Shown: positions 12,147 through 21,428 of the stretch, one piece after another
How positions within the stretch are numbered: the stretch's first letter is position 1
How the letters are laid out: each line of letters begins with the position of its first letter
Assembly (NCBI GenBank): GCA_963815455.1
Contig: CAWFGO010000003.1
Location: 320,001-384,000 of the forward strand
Direction: 5' to 3'
Source of the DNA: an uncultured Verrucomicrobiae bacterium
Lineage (GTDB): Bacteria > Verrucomicrobiota > Verrucomicrobiia > Chthoniobacterales > UBA10450
Length of the DNA: 64,000 nt
Position numbers and translations under genes: made by a program
The notes under the pieces: model-generated
The model's input: only the letters and a program-made list of their open reading frames with translations
Databases searched by the model: none
What the model was told of the DNA's origin: nothing

Positions 12147-13184
12147 TTAGGTCAGGTCGTAGCTGGGATCTTTGGCAGCGCGGCCGGGGTCATCGACCCC
12201 GGCTACAGTTTGGTCTCGAATCAATCGATGAAATTTGGGCGAAAACTTCGCATAGAACGGATAACGTCGTTTCGGATTCGCCGGCCGGTAACGCCAAAGC
12301 TTGTACATCCACAACCACGGGGCCGGGTCTTTGCGCACGTAGGGCTCAAACGAATCCCAGCATGCTTGTGCAATCTCCTGCTGCGTTTTTCCCGCGACAT
12401 TGTCGATCTTCGAATGGAAAACGACACGATAACGACCATCCGGCAGCGGCTGGCAATGCACGGGAATAATCGGGACGCCAGTCTGTTCGCGGAGCCAGAC
12501 GTGCGCGGAGGTCACGCTCGTTTTTAATCCAAAGACATCGATCGCGACCGCGCCCTGGTTTGGCGGCACGCTAAGATCGACCAGCATCGCTGTCGCGCCT
12601 TTGCGCCGAAGCGCTTTGTAAAGCCGAATGATCCCGCGCTCGCGGGGAATGAATTCATGGCCGCATCGCTCGCGAAGCTTCTTAAAGATCGGATCCAATA
12701 ACGGATTCTTAAATTCTTGCGCGATAATTGTCCCGGTCACGCCGGCGAAACCGCTGGCCAGGCTGAACCATTCGAAATTGCTGTAGTGATAGGTCGCCGC
12801 AATGAAACTGCGATCGGGGCCGCTGGTCCGGGCGATTTCATCGAAGTTTTCCATCTCGATGTAACGGGAGAAATTTTCGGCAGTCAGACGCGCACTCCAT
12901 AGAAGATCGAGCATGGTTCGGGCAAAATGTTGAAACGATTCGCGAGCGATTTGCTCGCGCTGCGCGTTCGAGAACCGATCGCCAAACGCGGCCTCCAGGT
13001 TGCTCATGGCCACTTCGCGTCCTTCCCGATCGAAGATCGACATCAGCGTTCCGAGAACATTCGCTAGCCGGGAACAGCTCTTACGCGAGAGCAGCGGAAC
13101 CAGTTTTGACGCCAGGAAAAGCCCTATCCACTCAAGCCGGTAACGAAGCCGCTTCCATGGCGAACGCATTCTGGATGTAACCAT
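12147..13184 (-). CDS. Lipid A biosynthesis acyltransferase (LpxL/HtrB family)
   Basis: HYSNFEW, KNPLLD, AMLVD, PWLWMYKLWR; start could also be 13169. Confidence 0.88.
   Translation of the reverse strand: MVTSRMRSPWKRLRYRLEWIGLFLASKLVPLLSRKSCSRLANVLGTLMSIFDREGREVAMSNLEAAFGDRFSNAQREQIARESFQHFARTMLDLLWSARLTAENFSRYIEMENFDEIARTSGPDRSFIAATYHYSNFEWFSLASGFAGVTGTIIAQEFKNPLLDPIFKKLRERCGHEFIPRERGIIRLYKALRRKGATAMLVDLSVPPNQGAVAIDVFGLKTSVTSAHVWLREQTGVPIIPVHCQPLPDGRYRVVFHSKIDNVAGKTQQEIAQACWDSFEPYVRKDPAPWLWMYKLWRYRPANPKRRYPFYAKFSPKFHRLIRDQTVAGVDDPGRAAKDPSYDLT
12167..12207. repeat. GTAG REP-like element overlapping the acyltransferase 3' end
   Basis: GCCGGGGTCATCGACCCCGGCTACA hairpin plus a degenerate inverted partner CGTAGCTGGGATC. 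Confidence 0.75.
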
Positions 13185-13241
13185 GCCTTTTCCAAAACGC
13201 CAGACATCAAAGTAGAGACAGCGCTCTGTCGCCATGCTTCC

Positions 13242-13290
13242 GGAGGGACGTGCTTCTGCACGTCCTGGACTCGCCGCGGCGAGTCCCTCC
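13242..13290. repeat. GGAG-footed REP doublet
   Basis: GGAGGGACGTGCTTCTGCACGTCC-T-GGACTCGCCGCGGCGAGTCCCTCC. Confidence 0.75.
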
Positions 13291-13306
13291 GATCGGAAAC
13301 CGAAAA

Positions 13307-14441
13307 TCAGTAGGCCGGAGCGTTGGTCCAGAATACCGTCGCGCCGCCGGCCGTCCTGGCTTTTCGAATCACCATGGCGCTTCCAGCCGGGATCACGTCA
13401 TCGCCATGATCGGCCGAACCGTCACCGATCAGTTTCCAGCCCGCCTTCTTGCCGGGGCCTTCACTATAGTAGTACACAGCGCTGGGCTGCTTATCGAAGG
13501 CGGCCTGGGAATTGTCGAAGACCAGAAGCTGATCCTTAATCGCCAGCTTGGTCTCTCTATTCAGCTGCATCGGCGGCGTCGCCACAAAAGAGCCGTCGGC
13601 TGGGCCCAGCCCGGTCTGGTTCAAAGTCACATCTACCGGGCGCACCATCGACACCGCATTATCCTGAAACCCGCTGGCCGAGGTCCGCAGCGCCGTGGCC
13701 AGTTTCTTGGTCAGCACCGCGCCGATCCCCTTCAAGGGAAGCGTGGGCGCGCCATTCATGTTACGCACAATAAAATAATTGTTCGCGACCAGGGGATCAT
13801 CGCCGTGATCGGTCGTGTTATTACCCACCAGACGCCATCCGACGTTGTTCGTCGTGCCGTTGACATTGTTGCTAAAGAAATAGGTCGTAACGGGAAGATT
13901 AGTTCCAACCGCGGCATTATTCGGCACCAAAATCTGAGTTTTATAACTCGCGGTAGAAGTCGTGGGGGTGAAAGACACATTGGCATCGGTAGGCGGGAAA
14001 AATCGTGGCCGGCGTCCAATAGGGAATCAGTATCAGCTGGGTGTTGGCGGTGATCCCGGTGAGATTGTCCGTGGTCGTATTAACCGTCAGAGTGTTCGAG
14101 CCATTGGCGGTGACAGGGTAGGTGTGGCCTTCTTTGGGATTCGATGCGCCGCCCGCGCCGATGAGCACGTAATACGTTTTCGGTTGCGAGCCCGCGGCAT
14201 AAACGAATTGATTCGTGGTCCATCCGGGCGTGCCGGCAACCGTGATCACGCTGCCGGCAACCGATTGAATCGCTCCGGTAAACTCCGGCGGACGAGTGAA
14301 AGGAATCGAGAGCAACGTGTCGGAATTGGACAGGCTCGTCGCGGTCGTAAACCCTACCGGATCGGTGGTGGCGCTTTGAGGAGTGGCCGTGTCCGACAAG
14401 AGGAGCGTGATCGCTGCAACAGCTAAGAAAAATTGGCGCAT
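13307..14441 (-). CDS. TIGR02597-like secreted protein (frameshift near 13990)
   Basis: Signal peptide then TTDPVGFT...SDTLLSIPFTRPPEF, LIPYWTPATIFP, C-terminal IPAGSAMVIRK...FWTNAPAY, typical of this Verrucomicrobial family. Confidence 0.8.
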
Positions 14442-14602
14442 TAAAGAAGATTGGGAACGAAGCCGAGCTTAGAACCCTGGGGAAAAAGCTCAAGAAAATT
14501 CCGGCTACGAGCTTCGGATTAAGCTCGGGCTCGACGGTGCAAAATTGACTTGGCCTTCTTCGATCCTAGGTTGAAGCTTCGCCCGCGCGTGGAGCCTCGA
14601 TC

Positions 14603-16396
14603 GTGAAAAGCGTTCTCTTTGTTTGCACCGGAAATATCTGCCGCAGCCCCATTGCCGAGGGGCTTTTCCGCCAAATGCTGGGCAATCGCAAGGACATCGA
14701 AGTCGCTTCCGCCGGCGTCCACGCCGTCCGGGGTCAGCCACCCAGTCTCTACGCCGTGCAAGTGGCCGATCGCGAAGGCGCCGATATCAGCGGTTTGCGC
14801 AGCCAGCCGCTCACAGCCGCGCTGGTCGATCAGGCCACCCATATTTTCGGAATGACCGGGGCCCATCTCGAGACGATCCATGTGCTCTTCCCCAATGGCG
14901 CCGAAAAATCGTTCCTGCTCCGCGAGTTCGAACAGCCCGGGGCAACGGTCTGGCGCGATGTGCCGGACCCGATTGGCATGGGTTACGATGTCTATGAAGA
15001 TTGCGCCCGCATCATCAAAAACGCTTTACCGAGCGTGCTGGCCTTCGTAGAACAAGGCGAGCTTGCCCCCGCGTCGCGCGTTAGTCGGGCGGCTCCTTAT
15101 TTTATGAGCGAGCGTCCTCAACCCATCGAAACCGCGCCGACAGGATCGACATCGTCTTCCGGCGGCGCGCTGCGCAAAGTCGATCCGGAAATTTTCGATG
15201 CCATTCAGGCCGAGGAAAAACGGCAGCGGGAAAACATTGAGCTGATCGCCTCGGAAAATTTCACCAGCCGCGCGGTGATGGAAGCGCAAGGCAGCTGTCT
15301 GACCAACAAGTACGCCGAAGGGTATCCGAGAAAGCGCTGGTATGGCGGTTGCGAGAATGTCGATGTTGCTGAGCAGCTTGCCATCGATCGAGCGAAACGT
15401 TTGTTCGGCTGCGAACACGTCAATGTTCAGCCCCACAGCGGCGCCCAGGCCAACATGGCGGTTTACTTCTCGATGCTAAAACCGGGCGATAAAATTCTGG
15501 CGATGAACCTGGCCCACGGCGGACACCTCACGCACGGACATCCGGCCAATTTTTCCGGTAAGTTTTACACGGTTTCGCAATACGGCGTGAGCGAGAAAAC
15601 CGAGCAGATCGATTACGACGCGTTGCAAAAACAAGCCGAGGAAGTGAAGCCGGTAATGATCACCGCCGGCGCGTCGGCCTACCCGCGCATTATTGATTTC
15701 CCGCGGCTGCGCCAGATCGCCGATTCCGTCGGCGCGATCTTATTCATCGACATGGCGCATATCGCCGGACTGGTCGCTGGCGGCCAGCATCCGACCCCGA
15801 TTCCGCACGCCCAATTTGTCACGACGACCACGCACAAAAGTTTGCGCGGGCCGCGCGGCGGGATTGTCATGTGCCAGGAGCAATTCGCCAAGCAAATCGA
15901 CGCCACGGTTTTCCCCGGAGTTCAGGGCGGCCCGCTGATGCACGTGATCGCGGCTAAAGCGGTTTGTTTTCACGAAGCGCTCCAGCCGCAGTTTCGCGAT
16001 TATCAGCGGCAAGTCGTTGTGAATGCCAAAGCGCTCGCCGCCGGTTTGGCCAAACACGGTTACCGGATCGTATCCGGCGGCACCGATAATCATCTGATGC
16101 TTGTCGATCTTCGCCCGAAGGAAATTAACGGCAAAGAAGCTCAGGAAGTCCTCGATCGGGCCGGGATCACCGTAAACAAGAACGGGATTCCATTCGATAC
16201 CTATCCGATTTTCAAACCCGGCGGCATCCGCGTCGGCACACCGGCTGTGACCACGCGCGGAATGAAAGAGGAAGAAATGCTTGAGATTGCAGATTTGATT
16301 GCCGAAGCGCTGGAGAAGCGCACCGACGCCGACGCGTTAGAGCGGGTTCGAGCCAAGGTGCGCGAACTCACCCGAAGATTCCCGCTGCCGTCATGA
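14603..16396 (+). CDS. glyA: Fusion: LMW protein phosphatase domain + serine hydroxymethyltransferase
   Basis: N-terminal [14 protein letters not shown] and DVPDPIG; C-terminal [37 protein letters not shown]. Confidence 0.93.
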   Translation: MKSVLFVCTGNICRSPIAEGLFRQMLGNRKDIEVASAGVHAVRGQPPSLYAVQVADREGADISGLRSQPLTAALVDQATHIFGMTGAHLETIHVLFPNGAEKSFLLREFEQPGATVWRDVPDPIGMGYDVYEDCARIIKNALPSVLAFVEQGELAPASRVSRAAPYFMSERPQPIETAPTGSTSSSGGALRKVDPEIFDAIQAEEKRQRENIELIASENFTSRAVMEAQGSCLTNKYAEGYPRKRWYGGCENVDVAEQLAIDRAKRLFGCEHVNVQPHSGAQANMAVYFSMLKPGDKILAMNLAHGGHLTHGHPANFSGKFYTVSQYGVSEKTEQIDYDALQKQAEEVKPVMITAGASAYPRIIDFPRLRQIADSVGAILFIDMAHIAGLVAGGQHPTPIPHAQFVTTTTHKSLRGPRGGIVMCQEQFAKQIDATVFPGVQGGPLMHVIAAKAVCFHEALQPQFRDYQRQVVVNAKALAAGLAKHGYRIVSGGTDNHLMLVDLRPKEINGKEAQEVLDRAGITVNKNGIPFDTYPIFKPGGIRVGTPAVTTRGMKEEEMLEIADLIAEALEKRTDADALERVRAKVRELTRRFPLPS

Positions 16397-17935
16397 ATCG
16401 AGCGGCCGATCAACCGCAGTTGAATCCGTTACGCGAGGGCATCTCCTCGCGCTCCGTGCCGCAGCCATGCACCGTGGTCATTTTTGGCGCGACCGGCGAT
16501 CTCACCCACCGCAAGCTCGTGCCGGCGCTGTACAATCTCGCCGCCGACGGCGAATTGCCGCCGGCCGTTACCGTGGTCGGTTTCGCCCGGCGCGAGAAAA
16601 GCGACGACGATTTCCGCCGCGAGATGGAAGAAGCGACCCGAAAATTTTCGCGCCAGGCTGTGCGCGACGAGATTTGGAACACATTTGGGCAATCTATTTT
16701 TTATCACCAGAGCGAGTTTGGAGACGAAGCCGGCTACAGGAGTTTGGCCAAACGCCTGGACAAGATCGACAAGGAACGCGGCACGCGCGGCAACCGGCTT
16801 TTCTACCTGGCGGTCGCGCCTGACCAATTTGAACCAATCATAAAAAATCTGAAAGCCGCCGGTTTGAATGACGCCTGCAAGGGAAGCTGGGCCCGGGTGA
16901 TCGTCGAAAAACCGTTCGGGACCGATCTGGCTTCGGCGCGGGAGCTGAATCGCGTCGTCGACCATGCCTTCTCCGAAGAACAGACCTACCGGATCGATCA
17001 TTTTCTCGGCAAAGAAACCGCGCAGAACATTTTGGTGTTGCGCTTCGCCAACGCGATTTTCGCTCCGCTCTGGAACCGGCGGTACATCGATCATCTGCAA
17101 ATTACCGCTTCGGAAACGCTCGGCGTGGAAGGCCGGGCCGGTTATTACGAAGGCGCCGGCGCGTTGCGCGACATGGTGCAAAATCATTTGCTCCAACTTC
17201 TTTGCCTCGTCACCATGGAAGCGCCTACTGATCTGAGCGCGGATAGCATTCGCGACGAAAAGGTGAAAGTCGTCCGATCGCTTCGCCATTTTGCCCAGAA
17301 CGACGTGGGCAAACACGTGATCCGCGGCCAATACGCCGAGGGCGCGATCAACGGCAAACCGGTCCCTGGTTATCGCGCGGAAAAGAATGTCGATCCTAAA
17401 TCGATGACGGAAACGTTCGTGGCCCTGCGGCTCAACATCGACAACTGGCGTTTTTGGGACGTGCCGATCTATATGCGGGTCGGCAAGCGGCTCCCGAAAT
17501 CCGGCACCGAGATCTCAGTTCATTTCAAGAAGGCGCCGGCCGTTCTTTTTAACAAGGAACTGACCGATCAGAACGTGCTGGTGATTCGGATCCAACCCGA
17601 TGAAGGAATGTCGCTGCGGATGCACGCCAAGGTGCCGGGCACGAGTTTTCGAGTCGAGCCGGTCAAGATGGATTTCCACTACGGAACGTCGTTCGGCAAA
17701 GCCAGCCCGGAAGCGTACGAACGTTTGCTTCTCGATGCCATGAGCGGCGATGCCACGCTGTTCGCCCGCCGCGACGAAGTTGAAGAAGCCTGGGCTTTCA
17801 TCGACATCATCGAGAATGCCTGGGCCGCAAAAAAGGACGCCGCCGGAATTGTTCTTTTATCCGGCCGGTTCATGGGGTCCGGACGCAGCCGACGAATTAC
17901 TGGCCCGTGATGGACAGGCGTGGAGAAGATTGTGA
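16393..17935 (+). CDS. zwf: Glucose-6-phosphate 1-dehydrogenase (frameshift near 17845)
   Basis: [31 protein letters not shown]; true end YPAGSWGP...WRRL*. Confidence 0.96.
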
Positions 17936-17938
17936 GCC

Positions 17939-18997
17939 ATGCCCGCTGTTGCTGAGACATACTCGCTCGGAACTCCAGTCGAGATCGGCAAGATCGGCAA
18001 GGAGCTAAAAAAACTCTGGGACCAGGGCGAAGGCGCGATGACTCGTGCCTCGCTGATGAATCTCGCAGTTTATGGCGAGAAGCCCGGTTCGTTGGAGAAA
18101 AACACGCAGTTGATTGCAAAGATCACAGAGAATCATCTCTGTCGCGCGATCGTGGTCGAGGCCGATTGCAGTTCGAAGGAGGATCGCGTCGAAGCATGGG
18201 TCAGCACCCATTGCCACGTTGGGGGCGCCGGGGGCAAGCAAGTTTGCTCGGAACAAATCTCTTTTCGCCTGGAGGGCTCGTGCGCGGATCTATTGCCAAG
18301 CATTCTTCTTTCCCACCTCGATTCCGATCTGCCGTTTTATCTTTGGTGGCAGGGCGAGCTGCACGATCCGATGGACGCGCAGCTTTGGGCCTGGGTGGAC
18401 CGGTTCATTTACGATTCGCAAACCTGGAAAAATTTCGACGAGCAACTCCGCCTGGTCGAGACCGCGCAGGAGGAAGCCAAACAGCGGATTATTCTTTGCG
18501 ATTTGAACTGGACCCGCCTGGACAAAATCCGTTACGCGTTTGCCCAGTTCTTCGATCATCCCGCTTCCCTTCATCATTTTGCCGAGATTGAGAACGCTCA
18601 AATCGACTTCGCGCCCGGATTCAGATCGACCGCGTTGCTCCTGGCCGGCTGGCTCGGGGCCCAATTGAACTGGCGCGCGGAGAAGACAAGCAGCGCAAAC
18701 AAGATTCAATTCGTGGACGGAAGCGGGCGCAAGATCGACATCGATCTGCGCGAAAATGGCCGCGATCCAATCGAGAAGATCGTTCTTAACTCCGGCGGGA
18801 TAGAATTTTTCGTCGGCCCGGCTAAATGCGGCGATCTTCTCGAAGTCTGGCGCACAGGCCGCGGCCAGAAGGCCGTTCCGCAAATGATGCCGGCCCAAAG
18901 CAACGATCTGGTGAGTCTGATGAGTCAGGAATTAATGCGCGGCGGCCCGCATCGTGTTTATCTCCACGCCATCAATTGCGTTCGCGCGTTGCTGTAG
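17939..18997 (+). CDS. opcA: G6PDH assembly protein OpcA
   Basis: Follows zwf; RASLMNL, VCSEQI, DLPFYLWWQG, DLNWTRL. Confidence 0.9.
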   Translation: MPAVAETYSLGTPVEIGKIGKELKKLWDQGEGAMTRASLMNLAVYGEKPGSLEKNTQLIAKITENHLCRAIVVEADCSSKEDRVEAWVSTHCHVGGAGGKQVCSEQISFRLEGSCADLLPSILLSHLDSDLPFYLWWQGELHDPMDAQLWAWVDRFIYDSQTWKNFDEQLRLVETAQEEAKQRIILCDLNWTRLDKIRYAFAQFFDHPASLHHFAEIENAQIDFAPGFRSTALLLAGWLGAQLNWRAEKTSSANKIQFVDGSGRKIDIDLRENGRDPIEKIVLNSGGIEFFVGPAKCGDLLEVWRTGRGQKAVPQMMPAQSNDLVSLMSQELMRGGPHRVYLHAINCVRALL

Positions 18998-19017
18998 CCG
19001 CGGACGCTGACCGCGGC
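18993..19017. repeat. Single GTAG REP overlapping the opcA stop
   Basis: TGTAGCCGCGGACGCTGACCGCGGC; near-identical copy at 58267-58291. Confidence 0.75.
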
Positions 19018-19019
19018 AA

Positions 19020-19727
19020 TTATCGTTCCAGAAGAAATTGTATCCGAGGCCTGGACGGAGACGGATCAGTCGCCGTCTTGAAATCTGTGCAGCATTGAAC
19101 GATGGCAAGACCGACCGAGTGGGCTAGTTCTTTCATTTGCTGTGGCGTGAACAATTGCCATTCGAATTGTTCCCGATCGCCATCTGGATATTCGAGATGC
19201 ACGAATAACCGCTCGCCATCGACATGTTTATTTTCTCGAACAATTCCGCGGGGCGTTTCTAATTCGCGCTGGCCCTGATGGGCGGCGAAAAACTCAGGAT
19301 TCCACAAATCGAGAATCACCCGCCCGCCTTCGCGAACACTTCTCGCCAGCCGATCAATAACATCGCGATTCGTTTCCGAATCGAAGTAACCAAAGCTTTG
19401 AGACATAACAATCACGACGTCGAACGCGCCCTGCTCCGGACGGTATTCGCGAATGTCCGCATGGACATAGCTTGGCCCGCCACCCAGTTTGCGCGCCTCT
19501 GCGATAGCCGCTGCATCGCGGTCGATGCCGATGACTGAATAACCCCGGACCGAAAGCGCCCGGGCATGTCGCCCCGTGCCGCAGCACACATCGGCAAGTT
19601 TGCGGAAATCGGGCAGCGGCGCCCAAGAGCAGACAAACATCGCCTCTTGAACGGTCCGCGATTCGTCAATCCCGACGTGGAAGAAATCAAACCATCGAGA
19701 CGAATACACATTGGGTTCTGCGGTCAT
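19020..19727 (-). CDS. Class I SAM-dependent methyltransferase
   Basis: LADVCCGTGRHA, GIDRD, FDVVIVMSQSFGYF, GGRVILD. Confidence 0.88.
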   Translation of the reverse strand: MTAEPNVYSSRWFDFFHVGIDESRTVQEAMFVCSWAPLPDFRKLADVCCGTGRHARALSVRGYSVIGIDRDAAAIAEARKLGGGPSYVHADIREYRPEQGAFDVVIVMSQSFGYFDSETNRDVIDRLARSVREGGRVILDLWNPEFFAAHQGQRELETPRGIVRENKHVDGERLFVHLEYPDGDREQFEWQLFTPQQMKELAHSVGLAIVQCCTDFKTATDPSPSRPRIQFLLER

Positions 19728-19742
19728 TGATCGTTTGGCGTT

Positions 19743-20258
19743 TCACGTCCGGCTCGGACCGATGACATATTTTGCGAATTGCATTTCCCAGCAGCGCACA
19801 TTTTCGCTAAAGCGCAGACCGGCCTTCTCCAAAACGCGCACGGAAGCAATGTTCTCCGGCATCACCAGACCGATGATGTGTTCCAGCGCGAGATCAGCGA
19901 GCCCGAAACGAACGACGGCGATCGCGGCTTCGGTGGCGAACCCAAAGCCCCATCGATTGCGAACCAAACGATACCCAATCTCGACCTCACCGAGCTCCTC
20001 CAGATATTTCAGGCCGGAAAAGCCAATATGCTCTCCAGTGCTCTTGAGAATGCAGGCCCAGCGTCCGAATCCGTACTTCCGGTAATCGGCCATCGGATTG
20101 GCCAGCAAGATCTCCCGGGCCTGATCAACATTCTGCAAGACCGCATTGGGGGTGAATCGCACCACCTCCGGATCGCTGTTCAACTGGAAGAACGCCTCAG
20201 CGTCATCCTCGACATACTCTCGCAGAAATAATCGGTCGGTCTCGAGAACCACCTTCAT
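19743..20258 (-). CDS. GNAT N-acetyltransferase (RimJ/RimL family)
   Basis: LETDRLFLR, EIGYRL...WGFGFATEAA, ENIASVRVLEKAG. Confidence 0.92.
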   Translation of the reverse strand: MKVVLETDRLFLREYVEDDAEAFFQLNSDPEVVRFTPNAVLQNVDQAREILLANPMADYRKYGFGRWACILKSTGEHIGFSGLKYLEELGEVEIGYRLVRNRWGFGFATEAAIAVVRFGLADLALEHIIGLVMPENIASVRVLEKAGLRFSENVRCWEMQFAKYVIGPSRT

Positions 20259-20270
20259 TCAACGCTTCTT

Positions 20271-20300
20271 AACCACAAATGAACACCAATGAACACGAAT
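20271..20300. repeat. Short 10-nt tandem repeat
   Basis: AACCACAAAT-GAACACCAAT-GAACACGAAT. Confidence 0.7.
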
Positions 20301-20321
20301 TTGAGGGAAAAGAAGAGTGCG

Positions 20322-20349
20322 TTGACACCAGGTCCGATAAATGTAGTCT
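20322..20349 (+). promoter_or_regulatory. Sigma70-type promoter for the aldo/keto reductase
   Basis: TTGACA-16 nt-TAGTCT, 7 nt before ATG 20357. Confidence 0.6.
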
Positions 20350-20356
20350 GCGTTTG

Positions 20357-21358
20357 ATGGCCCAAGGATCCGCAGGAACGACGGAAAGTTCAACAGTTCG
20401 CGGTGTAACCCGTCGAAAATTTCTTGGCGCGACCGTCGCTGGCGGGGCTACCATTCTGGCGGGAGGGTTATCACGACTTGTTTCGGCGGCGATGAGTTCA
20501 TCTAACAAATCTTCATTTCTTCTGGGCGGCGATCTTTCGGTTCATCGGCTTGGCTTTGGTGCGATGCGCCTGACCGGCGACGGCGTTTGGGGATGGCCGG
20601 CTGATCGAGGCAACGCGCTAAAAGTTCTGCGCCGGGCAGTCGAGCTCGGCGTAAACCTCATCGATACCGCCGATGCCTACGGGCCCGACGTAAGCGAATT
20701 GCTCATCGCCGAGGCTCTTCATCCGTATCCGGCCGGCCTGGTCATCGCGACCAAGGGCGGCCTGACCCGACCCGGTCCCGGTCAGTGGGTGCCAAACGGT
20801 CGACCCGAATATCTGACCAAATGCGTCGAGAACAGTCTCAAGCGTCTGAAGCTCGACCGGATCGATCTGTATCAATTGCATCGCATCGATCCGAAGGTGC
20901 CAGCCGAAGAATCGTTAGGGGCGCTCAAGAAGATGCAGGATGCCGGAAAAATCCGGCATGTTGGGCTATCCGAAGTGACGCCGAAAGAAATCGAACAGGC
21001 CAGGAAGATTCTCCCAATCGTGAGCGTGCAGAACGAATACAACATCGCTTATCGCAAATCGGAAAAGACCCTGACTTATTGCGAGAAAGAGAATCTCGGA
21101 TTTATCCCGTGGTTTCCCCTTGGCGGAGGACAAAGTTCGTTAACCAAGCCGGGCAATCCGTTGGAAGCCGAAGCGAAGCGTCACGGCACCAGCTCAGTGC
21201 AGCTCGCGCTGGCCTGGCTTCTCCAGCGATCTCCGGTGATGCTGCCGATCCCTGGCACGTCCTCTCTGGCGCATCTCGAGGAAAACATGGCGTCCGCGAA
21301 ACTTCAGCTCACGCCGGCTGATTGGAAAACGATAGAATCGCTGGTGAAGCCGGCGTAA
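20357..21358 (+). CDS. Aldo/keto reductase with twin-arginine leader
   Basis: TRRKFLGATVAGG leader; RLGFGAMRL, IDTADAYGP, IATKGG, LYQLHRID, LPIPGTSS. Confidence 0.92.
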   Translation: MAQGSAGTTESSTVRGVTRRKFLGATVAGGATILAGGLSRLVSAAMSSSNKSSFLLGGDLSVHRLGFGAMRLTGDGVWGWPADRGNALKVLRRAVELGVNLIDTADAYGPDVSELLIAEALHPYPAGLVIATKGGLTRPGPGQWVPNGRPEYLTKCVENSLKRLKLDRIDLYQLHRIDPKVPAEESLGALKKMQDAGKIRHVGLSEVTPKEIEQARKILPIVSVQNEYNIAYRKSEKTLTYCEKENLGFIPWFPLGGGQSSLTKPGNPLEAEAKRHGTSSVQLALAWLLQRSPVMLPIPGTSSLAHLEENMASAKLQLTPADWKTIESLVKPA

Positions 21359-21396
21359 CCCGACGCAGGATGTGCTGCGCGCGTTTCGCATCTCCT

Positions 21397-21420
21397 GCGG
21401 CCGGCACGGCCGCCGCTACA
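21397..21420. repeat. GTAG REP-like hairpin between convergent genes
   Basis: GCGGCCGGCACGGCCGCCGCTACA. Confidence 0.6.
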
Positions 21421-21428
21421 TCGGCGCA

